From Octopus sinensis (Eukaryota): 54,550 bases of DNA. The notes beneath the pieces were generated by a model. That model saw only the letters and a program-made list of their open reading frames with translations, was not told the DNA's origin and searched no databases. The DNA lies in NCBI RefSeq assembly GCF_006345805.1, contig NW_021833810.1:1-54550 (forward strand), given 5' to 3'. A program made the translations under genes and the position numbers. This document shows positions 11,496 to 23,897 of the stretch, piece by piece. Each line of letters opens with the position of its first letter. Position 1 is the stretch's first letter.

Positions 11496-13429
11496 AAGAG
11501 AAGATGCGTACATATAGACTTAGATACATACATATACATTCATAGATACTCACACATACTCACACACACACACATATATATATGTTAAAATATACGCATA
11601 TACGTGCATAGTATACAGTAACATAAATGTGAACAAATAGCTGCAAAACATCATATAATTTATGACATGTAAAGAAGAGAGTATACAAAGATGTAACTTT
11701 AGCACGAAACAAAGATGCTACGAAGTGTGAAAGTTCATAGTGATTTCTGAGGTCGACTTTGCCTTTCATCCTTTCGGGGTCGATAAATTAAATACCAGTT
11801 ACGCACTGGGGACGATGTAGTCGACTTAATACCTATATCTGTCCTTGTTTGTCCCCCCTATGTTTAGCCCCTTGTGGGTAATAAAGAAATAGGTACAAAT
11901 CCAGGCGATACAGGCATTAATATCACAGTCTTTTTGGGGTGCACCTAAATATTTAGGAGTGCATCATATAAATCTGGCAACCAAAGGGGTGGAAAGTACA
12001 TGAATATATGTATACGTATAGGAAGACTGTATGTGTGTGTGTGTCTGTGTGTGTCTGTGTGTGTGTGCGCGTGCGCGCGTGCGTGTGTGTGTGTGTGTGT
12101 GCGTGTGTATATATATGTATATATTTATATAGGTATGTGTGTGTTTGCGTATGTGCGAGCACATGTATATGTGTTTGCGTGTGTATATATTTGTATATGT
12201 GTATCTTTTATTTTTACTTTTTTCAGTTATTAGACTCCGGCCATGCTGGGGCACCGCCTTGAAGTTTTTAGTCGAATGTATCGAATCCATTATATTTCGA
12301 AGCCTCGTACTTATTCAATCGGTCTCTTTGTTCAAGCAGCTAGGTTACGGGGACGTAAACACCCCAGCACCAGTTATCAAGCAGTGACTGGGGGGAGGGG
12401 GCCAACACAGACACAAAGACACCCTCCTCCATATATATGAGGCTGAGGTGGTGACCGGCACTGGCAGAAAAAGCAGCATCGTGGGTAGCAACGGCAGCAA
12501 CACCACATCCGCCGATAACAATAGCAACGATGACAGCAATGGCAGCGGCAATGGCGGAAGTAACGCGTCAAGCAGCAGAGGAAGCAATACCAACAGCTAC
12601 AACAGAAACAACAACACCAGCAATGCAAACGGCAATGGCAGCTACACCAGCCGTAACTGCAACACCAAGTTCGCATCCAGGAATAGAAGCAACGACAGCA
12701 ATAACACCTGCGCCAACATGAACAACGGTGACAGCGCCTACATCGAACTCAGTGGTGACAGTAACAGAGTTGACCGAAGCAACAACAACGGCTATAACAC
12801 ACCCAGAGCACAGACGCGGAAATATGTCGCTTGCTCGGGTGGCCCCCTTTAAACAACGTCAGAGCAACCTTTTGGGATACCGAAGAGGCACATCACGTCC
12901 CTGGGCAACCACGTAGTGCATCTAAAAGAGGAGGGCACGTTATACATAAATAAATGGAGACTCCTCAGACAACCGGGGACATATATCAACGGGGCAAACG
13001 ATGTAAGCTTTGCTCGGCCGAGACAGTAAGAATCGTAAAAAACTCGCTTGATCCGGGGACCTGTTTAAACTCCAAAAAAAAAGAGTTTAGGCAATGTCCT
13101 CATTAAACACGTTTCCTGTAACAAGCTTGGAATTCCCCATTCGCCGAATAAGAACGCGCCACCAGCTTCGTAAACCGTCATGGTGAGCACTTATGTAAGT
13201 GAAATAACCCTGTCCGCCTGATAACCTATCTTGCACGGTTCGTTCCGAATATATTTTTTGTTTACAAAACCAACTAACCATGATGTTTTCCTCCTTCCGA
13301 GTGTAGAGAGGTTATATGCCTCCGGCCATTTGAGTCTGTAAGGTAACCAATACAGCTAAGCGCTTTATAGGTGCGAAACCAATGGTCATTTTCTGACTGG
13401 CCATAACAAACAACCTTCTAAATATATTC

Positions 13430-14036
13430 TTTTCTACTCTAGGCATAAGGCCGGAATTTTTTGTGAAGGGGCCAGTCGATTAGATCGAACCCAGTACGCA
13501 ACTGGTACTTATAAGTATCGAACCCGAAAGGATGAAAGCAAAATCGAACTCGGCGGAATTTAAACTCAGAACATAAAGACATACGAAATACCTATTTCTT
13601 TACTACCCGCAAGGGGCTAAACACAGAGAGGACAAACAAGGACAGACAAACGGATTAAGTCGATTATATCGACCCCAGTGCATAACTGGTACTTAATTTA
13701 TCAATCCCAAAAGGATGAAAAGCAAAGTCGACCTCGGCGGAATTTGAACTCAGAATGTAACGGCAGACGAAATACGGCAAGGCATTTCGCCCGGCGTGCC
13801 AACGTTGTCTGCCAGTTCGCCGCCTTAGTCTTCTAAATATATTCTTTTCTTCTCTAGGTACAAGGCCCGAAATTTTTGTGGAGGGGCCAGTACGCAACTG
13901 GTACTTAATTTATCGACCCCGAAAGAATGAAAGGCAAAGTCGACCACGGCGGAATTTGAACTCAGAACGTAAAGACAGACGAAATAACGTTAAGCATTTC
14001 GCCCGGCGTGCTAACGTTTCTGCCAGCTTGCCGCCT
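13430..14036 (-). mobile_element. Tandem or nested SINE B copies
   Basis: Three partial repeats of the family B sequence. Confidence 0.8.
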
Positions 14037-14384
14037 TAACCTTCTAAATAAATTACTGCTATCATGTATTAGGGTATGCTTCTTTTTCGGATAAATGAAC
14101 TACTACTAATAATATATATTGTATAAAGGATCGTGAGTAAGGCCAAAACAATGCGAAGTAAATGCAAGGTATATCACAAGAAAACAAATATAAGATTTAC
14201 CTTGTATTCAATATTTCAGGGGTTATGACCCATTTTCAAGAAAATAAACGAATGTTGCCGATATTTGTTTTCTTCTGCTTTACCTTGCATTTACTTCGCA
14301 TTGTTTTGTCCTTACTCACGATCCTTTATAAAATATATTCTACACAATGCTTCACAGTAATTATTCCATTATATATATATATAA

Positions 14385-15555
14385 CTAGCAGTATCGCCCG
14401 GCGTTGCTCGGGTTGTAAGGGAAATAACTATATAAGCATTTTTAGAGAGTTATAGCTAAAAAATAGCAAAAAAATGCATTAAAAATTGAAAAAAAATTAA
14501 GGTAAATTTTTTTTTAATCGTTGACACATCGTAGATATTTTTAGAGAGTTACTTCCCTTATATAAAAGCGAAAAAATGCATTAAAATGGAAAAATATGAT
14601 GGTAAATTTTTTTAAAATCGTAGACTCATCGTAGACGCGCGCTAATACCCAGAAGGGCTCGATATGAATCACGACTATAAGATACCCGCTTTTGGTTAAA
14701 CTGCACCGCAAAATGTGGGAGTAGTTACGAATCTAAATCGTAGGAGACAGATACACAACTTCACTCTTATATAAAGATGCTTTTTTTTTCAGTCATAGAG
14801 TTAGATTTATGAAGGTCTTCAGTAGAAAATCCTTCGAATTCTGACTCGCTGCTTGATATAATGAAATTCGTATCCATTTTTTGTCAGAATTACAAATTTT
14901 GAAAACACAATAGGAACAAATTTCGGAAAAAAATCTCCCATAATTCACGGAATTAAAATTACACTTCGATTTTTGTACAAAACTGTATTTGAAGTGTTTA
15001 CGAAGTATAATACGTGTTTTCACGAATGTACTAAAGAGATTTACTCTGATATTCTCATTTAATATGAATAGGTAAATTCGGGCGGTTTGGTAACGAAAGG
15101 GTTTATATAAGTGTCGTCTGTTTATACATAAACACTGTTTCATACTTTCTGTTTAGTCTTCCTCAAATCACTCTGTCGCTATTTACTCTCTTCCAAGAAC
15201 ATTTTCACTCACTCTTATCTGTTAGCTTGCCATACATTTTACTCATGTATCTATCAGCGTGATAGACAGAAACAAATATTACATCTAGTTTCACTTTATT
15301 CGTTGCACACTGTGTGTGTGCGTTTGCGTGTGCTGTAAACCAGACTAAGAAAAGCATTTGACATACACACCAGAATGTGAGTTTTCTGTAAATTTTGCTT
15401 AATTGGAGTTTAAATTTTAAAAACTGGACCTGGCAAAACCCGATGCATTCTACTCTTAAAAATGCTAGGTAAATTGTAATTGAAGAAATCCTATATTGTA
15501 GATTTCTATAACTGACAAAGGGAGGCAGATAAAATCTGCCTTTTATAATAAGAGA
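14385..15555 (-). mobile_element. Non-autonomous Helitron (copy 1)
   Basis: On the minus strand: A|TC...CTAG|T, with GC-rich hairpin cccgagcaacgccggg about 8 nt before CTAG. Near-identical copy at 23.9-25.4 kb. Confidence 0.8.
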
Positions 15556-15649
15556 TAATTTGCTATTTATATATAAATAACTTATTATATACAGAAGTTA
15601 TTTGCTATTTTAAAAGAAAATTAAATTAAAAAATGGAATGACAGGAACC

Positions 15650-16530
15650 ATCGGGAAATAATTTTTCGTGCTATGTGAAAGCGCTTTCGTTGTTCAACTT
15701 TTCATAAACGTGTGTTCTTGACTGGTCTGTATAGAAGAAATTTTGTACGGACTATTTCGTATAAATTGTTGACTATTTCCGGTTTAGTTTCTGATTTAGA
15801 ATTCTTGTAAAATAAACTTCTTTTTTCATTTCGTAGTTGATCGTTTTCTTCCTTTCTTTTGCAAAGAAAAAGAAATAGTTTCATTTTTCCTTTGGCTCAA
15901 ATGTCTAAATGTTGATTTCATGAAACATTTCTAAGAGTTGAATCTTTAATTTGCTGTTTGTGCTGTTGTTGTTGAGCGAACGGTCTTCGTCCCAGAGCTC
16001 GCAAGATGGGAGAAGTCCGAAACATGGTCCTTTGCTATTTGTAAGACCCGCAGAAGAGAAAGCAGGTCAACCCCCGACACCAGGGGCCTGAATGCGCATC
16101 CAGACTCAGCGGTTGAGTAGGAAGTCGGGGACAAGAAACAGGAAGAAAGAGTGAGAGAAAGTTGGAGCGAAAAAGTACAACAGGGGTCTCCACCACCCCC
16201 TGCCGGAGCCTCGTGGAGCTTTAGGTCTTTCCGCTCAATAAACACACACTACGCCCGGTCTGGGAATCGAAACCGCGATCCTCCGACCGCGAGTCCGCTG
16301 CCCTAACCACTGGGCCATTGCGCCTCCACTGCTGATTGTGCTCGCTCACACGGTTGATTAATTTTGATCCTGTTTCTCCGATATACTTCTGATCGCATTG
16401 TGAGCATGTGATACAAGAGATAAGCTGTTTTTTTTCTTTTTCTTTTTCCTTGTTTTGCAATTCATGTTCGATTTATCCTTCAATTTCTTCACATCTTTTA
16501 ATCTTTTGGTTATTCCTGGTCAAATGATTT
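15650..16530 (-). pseudogene. Penelope-like element GIY-YIG endonuclease C-terminus, split by a SINE
   Basis: LISCITCSQCDQKYIGETGSKLINRVSEH, then after the SINE KQQIKDSTLRNV...QHLDI...NDQLRNEK. Confidence 0.75.
15965..16329 (-). mobile_element. SINE C variant with a different 3' half
   Basis: Head and first ~190 nt match family C. 13-bp TSD with 1 mismatch: tgctgtttgtgct (15952-15964) / tgctgattgtgct (16330-16342). Confidence 0.85.
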
Positions 16531-16986
16531 CACATTTCCCACAACGGAAAAAGAGACCGATACAATAAGTACTAGGCTTCCAAAGAATAAGTCCTGGGGT
16601 CGATTTGCTCGACTAAAAGGGCGGTGCCCCAGCATGGCCGCAGTCAAATGACTGAAACAAGTAAAAGAGTAACAGTCATCAGGGAATTTTTTCCAGTTTC
16701 CTGTCTAAATAGGATCGGAAGAGTTGATCAAAAGTAATTCCAGACAAGGTATATTCTTTTATTCTTTTACTCTTTTACTTGTTTCAGTCATTTGACTGTG
16801 GCCATGCTGGAGCACCGCCTTTAGTCGAGCAAATCGACCCCAGAACTTATTCTTTGTAAGCCTAGTACTTATTCTACCGGTCTCATTTGCCAAATCGCTA
16901 AGTTACGGGGACGTAATCACACCAGCATCGGTTGTCAAGTGATGTTGGGGGGACAAGGACACACACAGACACACACACACAGGACT

Positions 16987-17033
<47 letters not shown>

Positions 17034-17210
17034 ATATATAGGTTATAAAATGAGATAGGGGTTGAAATTCAACCCACCATGGGATAATTATATCCAATAT
17101 ACTGCTAGATAGGTACCCAACAAAATTAATACATAGATGTTAAAAATTGTCAAACAATCAGTTCATCTTTTGCATTATATGGGTAAAGGTAATAATATTG
17201 CCGTAAATTA

Positions 17211-17885
17211 ATACTACAAAATTAGAGAATGGAGAAATATACTTAAATCAGTAAAACATCAACTATCCGATGATACTCAATCCATACTTTAATACACCAT
17301 TACATATGAGTAAAGGCAATACATAAAATGAAATGAGATATACAGTAATAGTAACAAGATAAAGAGATATAAGTAAAAAATTTTCAAATATAATATGCAA
17401 ATAAATCAAAACTGACAGCTGTTTCGGCAGTGAGGACAGTCATACCTCATTTAACCTATAAGCCATAAAGGCAGGTATAAATGAGGCATTAACAAGATGC
17501 CCCACGGCCTCTTCAGAGAATTAAATTAAATTTGTTATAATAGTGAAAAATATTATACAATCATATACATATAAATATAAAAATATAAAAATGTAAAATA
17601 TAAAAACTTATACATCATAAAGCTACACTTATATAATATAATACACTTTGTACAAAAAAGGAAGGTAAACAGAACAAAATAAAACAAAATATAAATAGTG
17701 TATATATTAATATCAATAAGTACCGATATTATACATATTTGGCTAATAGTTTTTTTTATAATATATAAAAAAAAAAAAAAAAAAAAAAAACAAAGGCTAA
17801 CATATATGGAGATGAAAAATAATAATTAAATCCGTGGTACAGTTCATAAGATTCTAAAGCTATAAAAGTTAATAAAAATTACTAT

Positions 17886-17919
<34 letters not shown>

Positions 17920-18081
17920 TAATAATAATAATAATAAAAATATAATAAAAAAAATAGATACAGTTAAGTTAGCACCAAGTCCATCCTTACAAGATCGAAA
18001 TAACTTCGATCTTGTAAGGATGGACTTGGTGCTAACTTAACTGTATCTATTTTTTTTTATTATATTTTTTTATTATTATTA

Positions 18082-18115
<34 letters not shown>

Positions 18116-18778
18116 AGTAATTTTTATTAACTTTTATAGCTTTAGAATCTTATGAACTGTACCACGGATTTAATTATTATTTTTCATCTCCATATATGTT
18201 AGCCTTTTTTTTTTTTTTTTTTTTTTTATATATATATAAAAAAACTATTAGCCAATATGTATATATCGGTACTTATTGATATTAATATATACACTATTAT
18301 ATTTTGTTTTATTTTGTTCTGTTTACCTTCCTTTTTTGTACAAATGTGTATTATATTATATAAGTGTAGCTTTATGATGTATAAGTTTTATATTTTACAT
18401 TTTTATATTTTTATATTTATATGTATATGATTGTATAATATTTTTCACTATTATAACAAATTTAATTAATTCTCTGAAGAGGCCGTGGGGCATCCTTGTA
18501 ATGCCTCATTTATACCTGCCTTTATGGCTTATAGGTTAAATGAGGTATGACTGTCCTCACTGCCGAAACAGCTGTCATTTTGATTTATTTGCATATTATA
18601 TTTGAAAATTTTTTACTTATATCTCTTTATCTTGTTACTATTACTGTATATCTCATTTCATTTTATGTATTGCCTTTACTCATATGTAATGGTGTATTAA
18701 AGTATGGATTGAGTATCATCGGATAGTTGATGTTTTACTGATTTAAGTATATTTCTCCATTCTCTAATTTTGTAGTAT
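17211..18778. repeat. ~1.57-kb palindrome (arms ~790/775 bp, 5-nt loop ATAAC at 18000-18004)
   Basis: Centre ...acaagatcgaa-ataac-ttcgatcttgt...; arms align end to end with mostly small indels. Confidence 0.95.
18474..18576 (+). ncRNA. Type I hammerhead ribozyme motif (mirror copy on the minus strand at 17414-17516)
   Basis: CUGAAGA - stem II (GGCCGUGGGG/CCUCACUGCC, with inner CCUCAUUUA/UAAAUGAGG) - GAAA - C AGCU G UC. The short stem III with a palindromic tetraloop is typical of Penelope-associated hammerheads. Stem I is weak. Confidence 0.65.
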
Positions 18779-19741
18779 ATATATATATATATATATATAT
18801 ACATACATACATACATACGACGGGCTTCTTTCAGTTTCCGTTTACCAAATCCACTCACAAGGCTTTGGTCGGCCCGAGGCTATAGTAGAAGACACTTTCC
18901 CAAGGTGTCATGCAGTGGGACTGAACCCAGAACCATGTGATTGGTAAGCAAGCTACTTACCACACAGCCGCTCCTGCGCAGAGTTTTCTTTCTTTTTTTT
19001 CGGGTAATTAAAAAGTCAGCAAATTAAAAGTTCATCAATTCGAATGTCCTATGAAAGGAACATCCAGACATTTGTGCAAATAGAAAACTCAAAATACTTC
19101 CATTCTTCCAGAATAAAAGAACTGAATTACAGCACAATGCTTGACCACACTAAAAATTCAGACGTTCCTTTTACATGATGTTGGATCTTATTGGTGAAAG
19201 GCAGAAAAATAAAAATGTGTTATATGAACACGCCAGTGAAAGTGCTGTGATAATATTTCATGTCTGCAGATACCTGACCAGCAAGGGGAAGCAGCTGATC
19301 TCTCCTGTTCGAAGGTTATAATGGACACAGGTTCGTGTGTCATATAGCTAGCTAGAGGCGATGGCTTCTTGGAGCTAATCAACGGCAGCATTCGTCCTAT
19401 ATTTCTGGACTGCCATATTAGCTTGGCGATAACTATTAATATCCAGTACCGCTGCCGTAGTCTCCTTTAGAGAGACTTATAAGTAATAATATATATATAT
19501 ATATTTCTGTGTGTGTCTTTGTATCTGTGTTTGACCCCCACCATTGTTTGACAACCGATTCCGGTATGCTTCTGTCTCATTAACTTAGCGGTTCGGGAAA
19601 AGGTGATCGATAGAATGAGTATTCGGCTTACAAAGAATAAGTCTTGGGGTCGATTTATTCGATGAAAATCCTTTAAGGGATTGCTCCAGTTGGCCAACGT
19701 CAATTGACTGAAACGCGTAAAAGAATATAAGAATCGCTGCT

Positions 19742-20052
19742 GAAACCCCCTTCGGTCATGACTGATTATGGGATTGCACCTAGAAAGCTACCCTCCCAGG
19801 CTCAAGTCCGGGCAAGGTTGTTTATGGAAGGCCAGCAGTCACCCATGCATACAGGCCTCCCAGTGTTATCCAAGGGAAAGGCAAAGGCCGATACAGCTTG
19901 GCACCAGTGACGTCGCAAATCATTTTTACAGTTGAGTGAACTGGAGCAACGTTCTTGCTCAAGAACACAATACGCAGTCCGGTCCGGGACTCGAACTCAC
20001 AACCTCGCGATCGAAAGCTCGACGCTCTAACCACTGAGACATGCGCCTTCAC
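19742..20052 (-). mobile_element. SINE family D-related copy
   Basis: tRNA-like head (gtggttagagcgtc...ggttgtgagttcgagtccc) and a gttcttgagcaagaac core. Confidence 0.65.
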
Positions 20053-20571
20053 ACTATAAGACTATTACTAAAGTAAATTAAGAGTCATTTCCCTTGCCAT
20101 GTCTAAGGGGAAATAACTTTTCCAGAGATCTTCTCCTTCCCCCGTTTCATCTGATGATTTATTTCCCTTATACTGTGATTGAGTTTAAGAGTCAGGAATC
20201 TTTCGGAGGCAAGCTTTTGGAATTGGAAATGTTTTTTTTTTTTTACTTGTTGACCAAACCGATTTGAAAAAAACTGAAAATATAATCAAACAAGGCCAAT
20301 TTGTTTATGCTAATTTGTTAAACGTCACGCAGAAGTGAAAGATGTACAAGGTGATACGTGTTTTGCGACACGTCATGCGGTGTAGAGTGAAAACATTTTT
20401 TTGTTGACGTTGATTGGGGGTGAATGTAGTTTCGGAATAAATTTGCTAATGCTAACCAGTTTGCCTTTTTTTCTCAACGGACATGGAAACACTTTTAGTC
20501 ACCCACTTCTTTCACTGATTCCATTGTTTATACTATATATATATGTGTGTGTATATATATATAATATATAT

Positions 20572-21058
<487 letters not shown>

Positions 21059-21218
21059 ATACATGGCGATCCTTCGGTATAAGTACACACGTGTCTTTGT
21101 TTACATTTCTGAAGATAATAGAAACCCTTTTCTCCTAACCCTAACCCCCCATATATAAAAACACTTTCTTGAAATGTATCCGGTACTGATATCGAAGTTA
21201 CGCCGAATACATATATAT

Positions 21219-21320
21219 AAGGCGAAAGTAAAGAATACGTACACCCGGTGTTTAGGGTTAGTGTTAGAGTTTTTATTACGCCGAGAACGGGTGGTGTACG
21301 TATATTCTTCACTTCCGCTT
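21219..21320. mobile_element. Small MITE-like inverted repeat flanked by TA
   Basis: gcgaaagtaaagaatacgtacacc / ggtgtacgtatattcttcacttccgc imperfect inverted ends; TATA flanks. Confidence 0.35.
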
Positions 21321-21459
21321 ATATATAATGCGCCAGGTTATGAGTCTCTCATAGCTTCAGTTGTTCCGTTCGTTTAGGAAAGTGAGAGCATTTACTGCTG
21401 AAAATAGGAAAGTAATTTTCTTTTTACCAAAATGAATCGCGTCCTTTTTTACTTCCCTT

Positions 21460-21867
21460 GGATCTTTTCGGTTTGAACGGCAGTTTTTAACATAATTTCC
21501 TGGTAACTAAAAAATTTTAAACTTCGTATACTGGTAGAATGTGTTTATAAAACGTCTTTTTCTCTTGGCTTTATTGAGAAAATTCTATAGTTTGTAAGAT
21601 ATTTGTTGTTTTTTTCTTCTTCAATTTCTGCAATTTTAACCAATCAGTGACGTCTATTGAGGTAAAAAAAACATTCTGTGCCGTATGAATATGTCCCTCG
21701 TTTAAGAAACAGATTGGGTTTATTTACATTTGTGAAGAAAAAAAGATACCCTTCCTCCACCCCTAAAATAGATTGAAATGCAATAGATCGATACTAGGGT
21801 CATAATTATAGGTGACAATTTCATATGACACTGCTAGAAAAAACTGCCGTTCAAATCGAAAAGATCC
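21460..21867. mobile_element. MITE-like element with ~29-bp TIRs
   Basis: ggatcttttcggtttgaacggcagttttt / aaaaaactgccgttcaaatcgaaaagatcc. No clear TSD. Confidence 0.55.
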
Positions 21868-22224
21868 TTTGCCTTTTTAATTAATGAATGGATTTAATAG
21901 AGAGGGAATGAAAGATGTCATAAATTAACTTCATATAACACACACGCACACAAACAAACGCATGCAGATAAATAGATCTTGTATTGGTCACGCTGAATTT
22001 ATTGAGGCAGATTTACTATGGCTGTTGTTAAGCCTCACCTGTTTTGAAACAAGATAATACTTTGCCAAAGTCAGAAACGATGATGATACTGATGTTGAAT
22101 GTAGTATTTGATATGTAATGTGTGAAAAAACCAAATGTGGACAACACCAAAAATACCTTTGGTCCCAGGTCTACTTAACCAGAACAATATTTAAACTGAT
22201 AGAATTATCTTGCCTAAAGATAAC

Positions 22225-23335
22225 AGTGTCACACAAATTGGCACCCACGCTGGTGGCATGTAAATGCACCCCAGTGTCACGCAAATGGCACCTGTGCTTG
22301 TGGCACATAAAAACGCCCGTTACACTCTCAGAGTGCTTGGCATTAGGAAGGGCATCCAGCAGTAGAAAACCTTGCCAAATCAGCCTGGAATCTGGTGCAC
22401 CCTTCCAGCATACCAGCGCAGTCAAACTGTCCAACCCATGCCAGCATGGACAACAGGCGTTAAATGATAATGATGATGCCATGAAGTGTCGGGTCTTGAT
22501 CCTTCCCTAGTTTCAAGTTCCATCTTTCCTTTAACTTGAAAATACCCTCTTCCCGGAATTGATGTGCTTTTATGGCAAACAATTCATCAAGGTATCTTTT
22601 TATGTCATCCAAGGAATTGAAATTTTTACCATTAAGACCTGCAGATACCTGAAAAAATGGAAATCCGAAGGAGCAATATCTGGTGAATATGGAGGGTGGG
22701 GTAACACATCCCAGCCGAGCTGCATCAATTTTTGTCCAGTTCCCAAAGCATCAGGTGCTGGTAGGATTGACAGATCAATAGCTTTCTTGACTATACATTA
22801 AGTGGAGGCATGTGGGTTTTGTGGTTACAGTGTTGGGCTCATGACCCTGAGATTATGGCTTTGATTCCTAGTCCAGGTGATGCATTGTGTTCTTGAGCAA
22901 GACATTTCATTTGACGTTATTCCTGTCCATGCAGCTGGTAAAAATGGGGTCATCATGTAATGGACTGGCATCCTGTCAGAGTGGGAAATATGTCCACCAC
23001 AAGAAACAGGAAACTGACCCTATGAGTCTATATGACTAGGGAAGGATCAAGACCAGACACATCCTATCATCATCATCATTTAACGTCTGTTGTCCATGCT
23101 GGCATGGGTTGGACGGTTTGACCAGAGCTGGTATGCTGGAAGCTGCACCAAATTCCAGGCTGATTTGGCATGGTTTTCTACTGCTGGATGCCCTTCCCAA
23201 TGCCAACCACTCCGAGAGTGTAATGGGTGTTTTTACGTGAAACAAGCACAGGTGCCATTTGCGTTACACTGGGGTGCGTTTACATGCCACCAGCATTGGT
23301 GCCAATTTGTGTGACACTGGTATCTGCCATAACTG
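22225..23335. repeat. Inverted pair of a ~290-bp retroelement 3' end ((GAT)n tail)
   Basis: Plus copy ~22225-22511 and minus copy ~23035-23335; both end cccatgccagcatggacaaca..cgttaaatgat. Confidence 0.75.
22515..22742 (-). pseudogene. Mariner transposase C-terminal fragment
   Basis: QKLMQLGWDVLPHPPYSPDIAPSDFHFF. Confidence 0.8.
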
Positions 23336-23897
23336 CAATTTTGCTTGGCTTGATGAGACTTCTTCTCAAGCACGATGTGATGCCAAACGTCTTAGTCATT
23401 GCCTCCATGAGGCTTCAACACTCGGAAGGAACTCAGCCATTTTGCTTTTGTGTCGTCCAACAGTGACACTCATTTACAACTATCACAAGACAAAGAGAGA
23501 CAAACACATACACATACATATAATGGGCTTCAATCAGTTTCTGTCTACCAAATCCACTCACAAAGCTTTGTTCAACAAGGGACTATGGTAAAACAAGGGA
23601 CTATAGTGGACTGCACCTGAAACCTCGTAACTACAAAGCCATACCTTGTATGTGGGTGTGGGGGTGAATATTTATTATATATTCTTTTACTTGTTTCAGT
23701 CATTTGATTGTGGCCATGCTGGAGCACCGCCTTTAGTCGAGCAAATCGACCCCAGGACTTATTCTTTGTAAGCCTAGTACTTATTCTATCAGTCTGTTTT
23801 GCTAAACTGCCAAGTTCCTGGGATGTAATCACACCAACATTGGTTGTCAAGCAATGGTGGAAGGACAAACACAGACACACAAATACATATATACATA

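Larger units (their letters stand above)
16770..18980 (-). mobile_element. SINE A split at its internal (TA)n by a ~1.75-kb insertion
   Basis: 3' half at ~16770-16980 and 5' half at ~18818-18980 are colinear and in the same orientation. Confidence 0.8.

Noticed and set aside
15670-15712. Hammerhead-like TTTATGA...AAC-GAAA-GCGC at the 3' end of the PLE fragment (minus strand)
   Set aside because: The core is too degenerate (no CTGA, no GUH) to call.
19000-19460. Non-repetitive stretch with short open frames
   Set aside because: Multiple stops and no motif I can identify; it may be an old TE relic.
21131-21275. CCCTAA/TTAGGG telomere-like hexamers
   Set aside because: Only 2-3 units, inside MITE-like sequence; not an interstitial telomere array.
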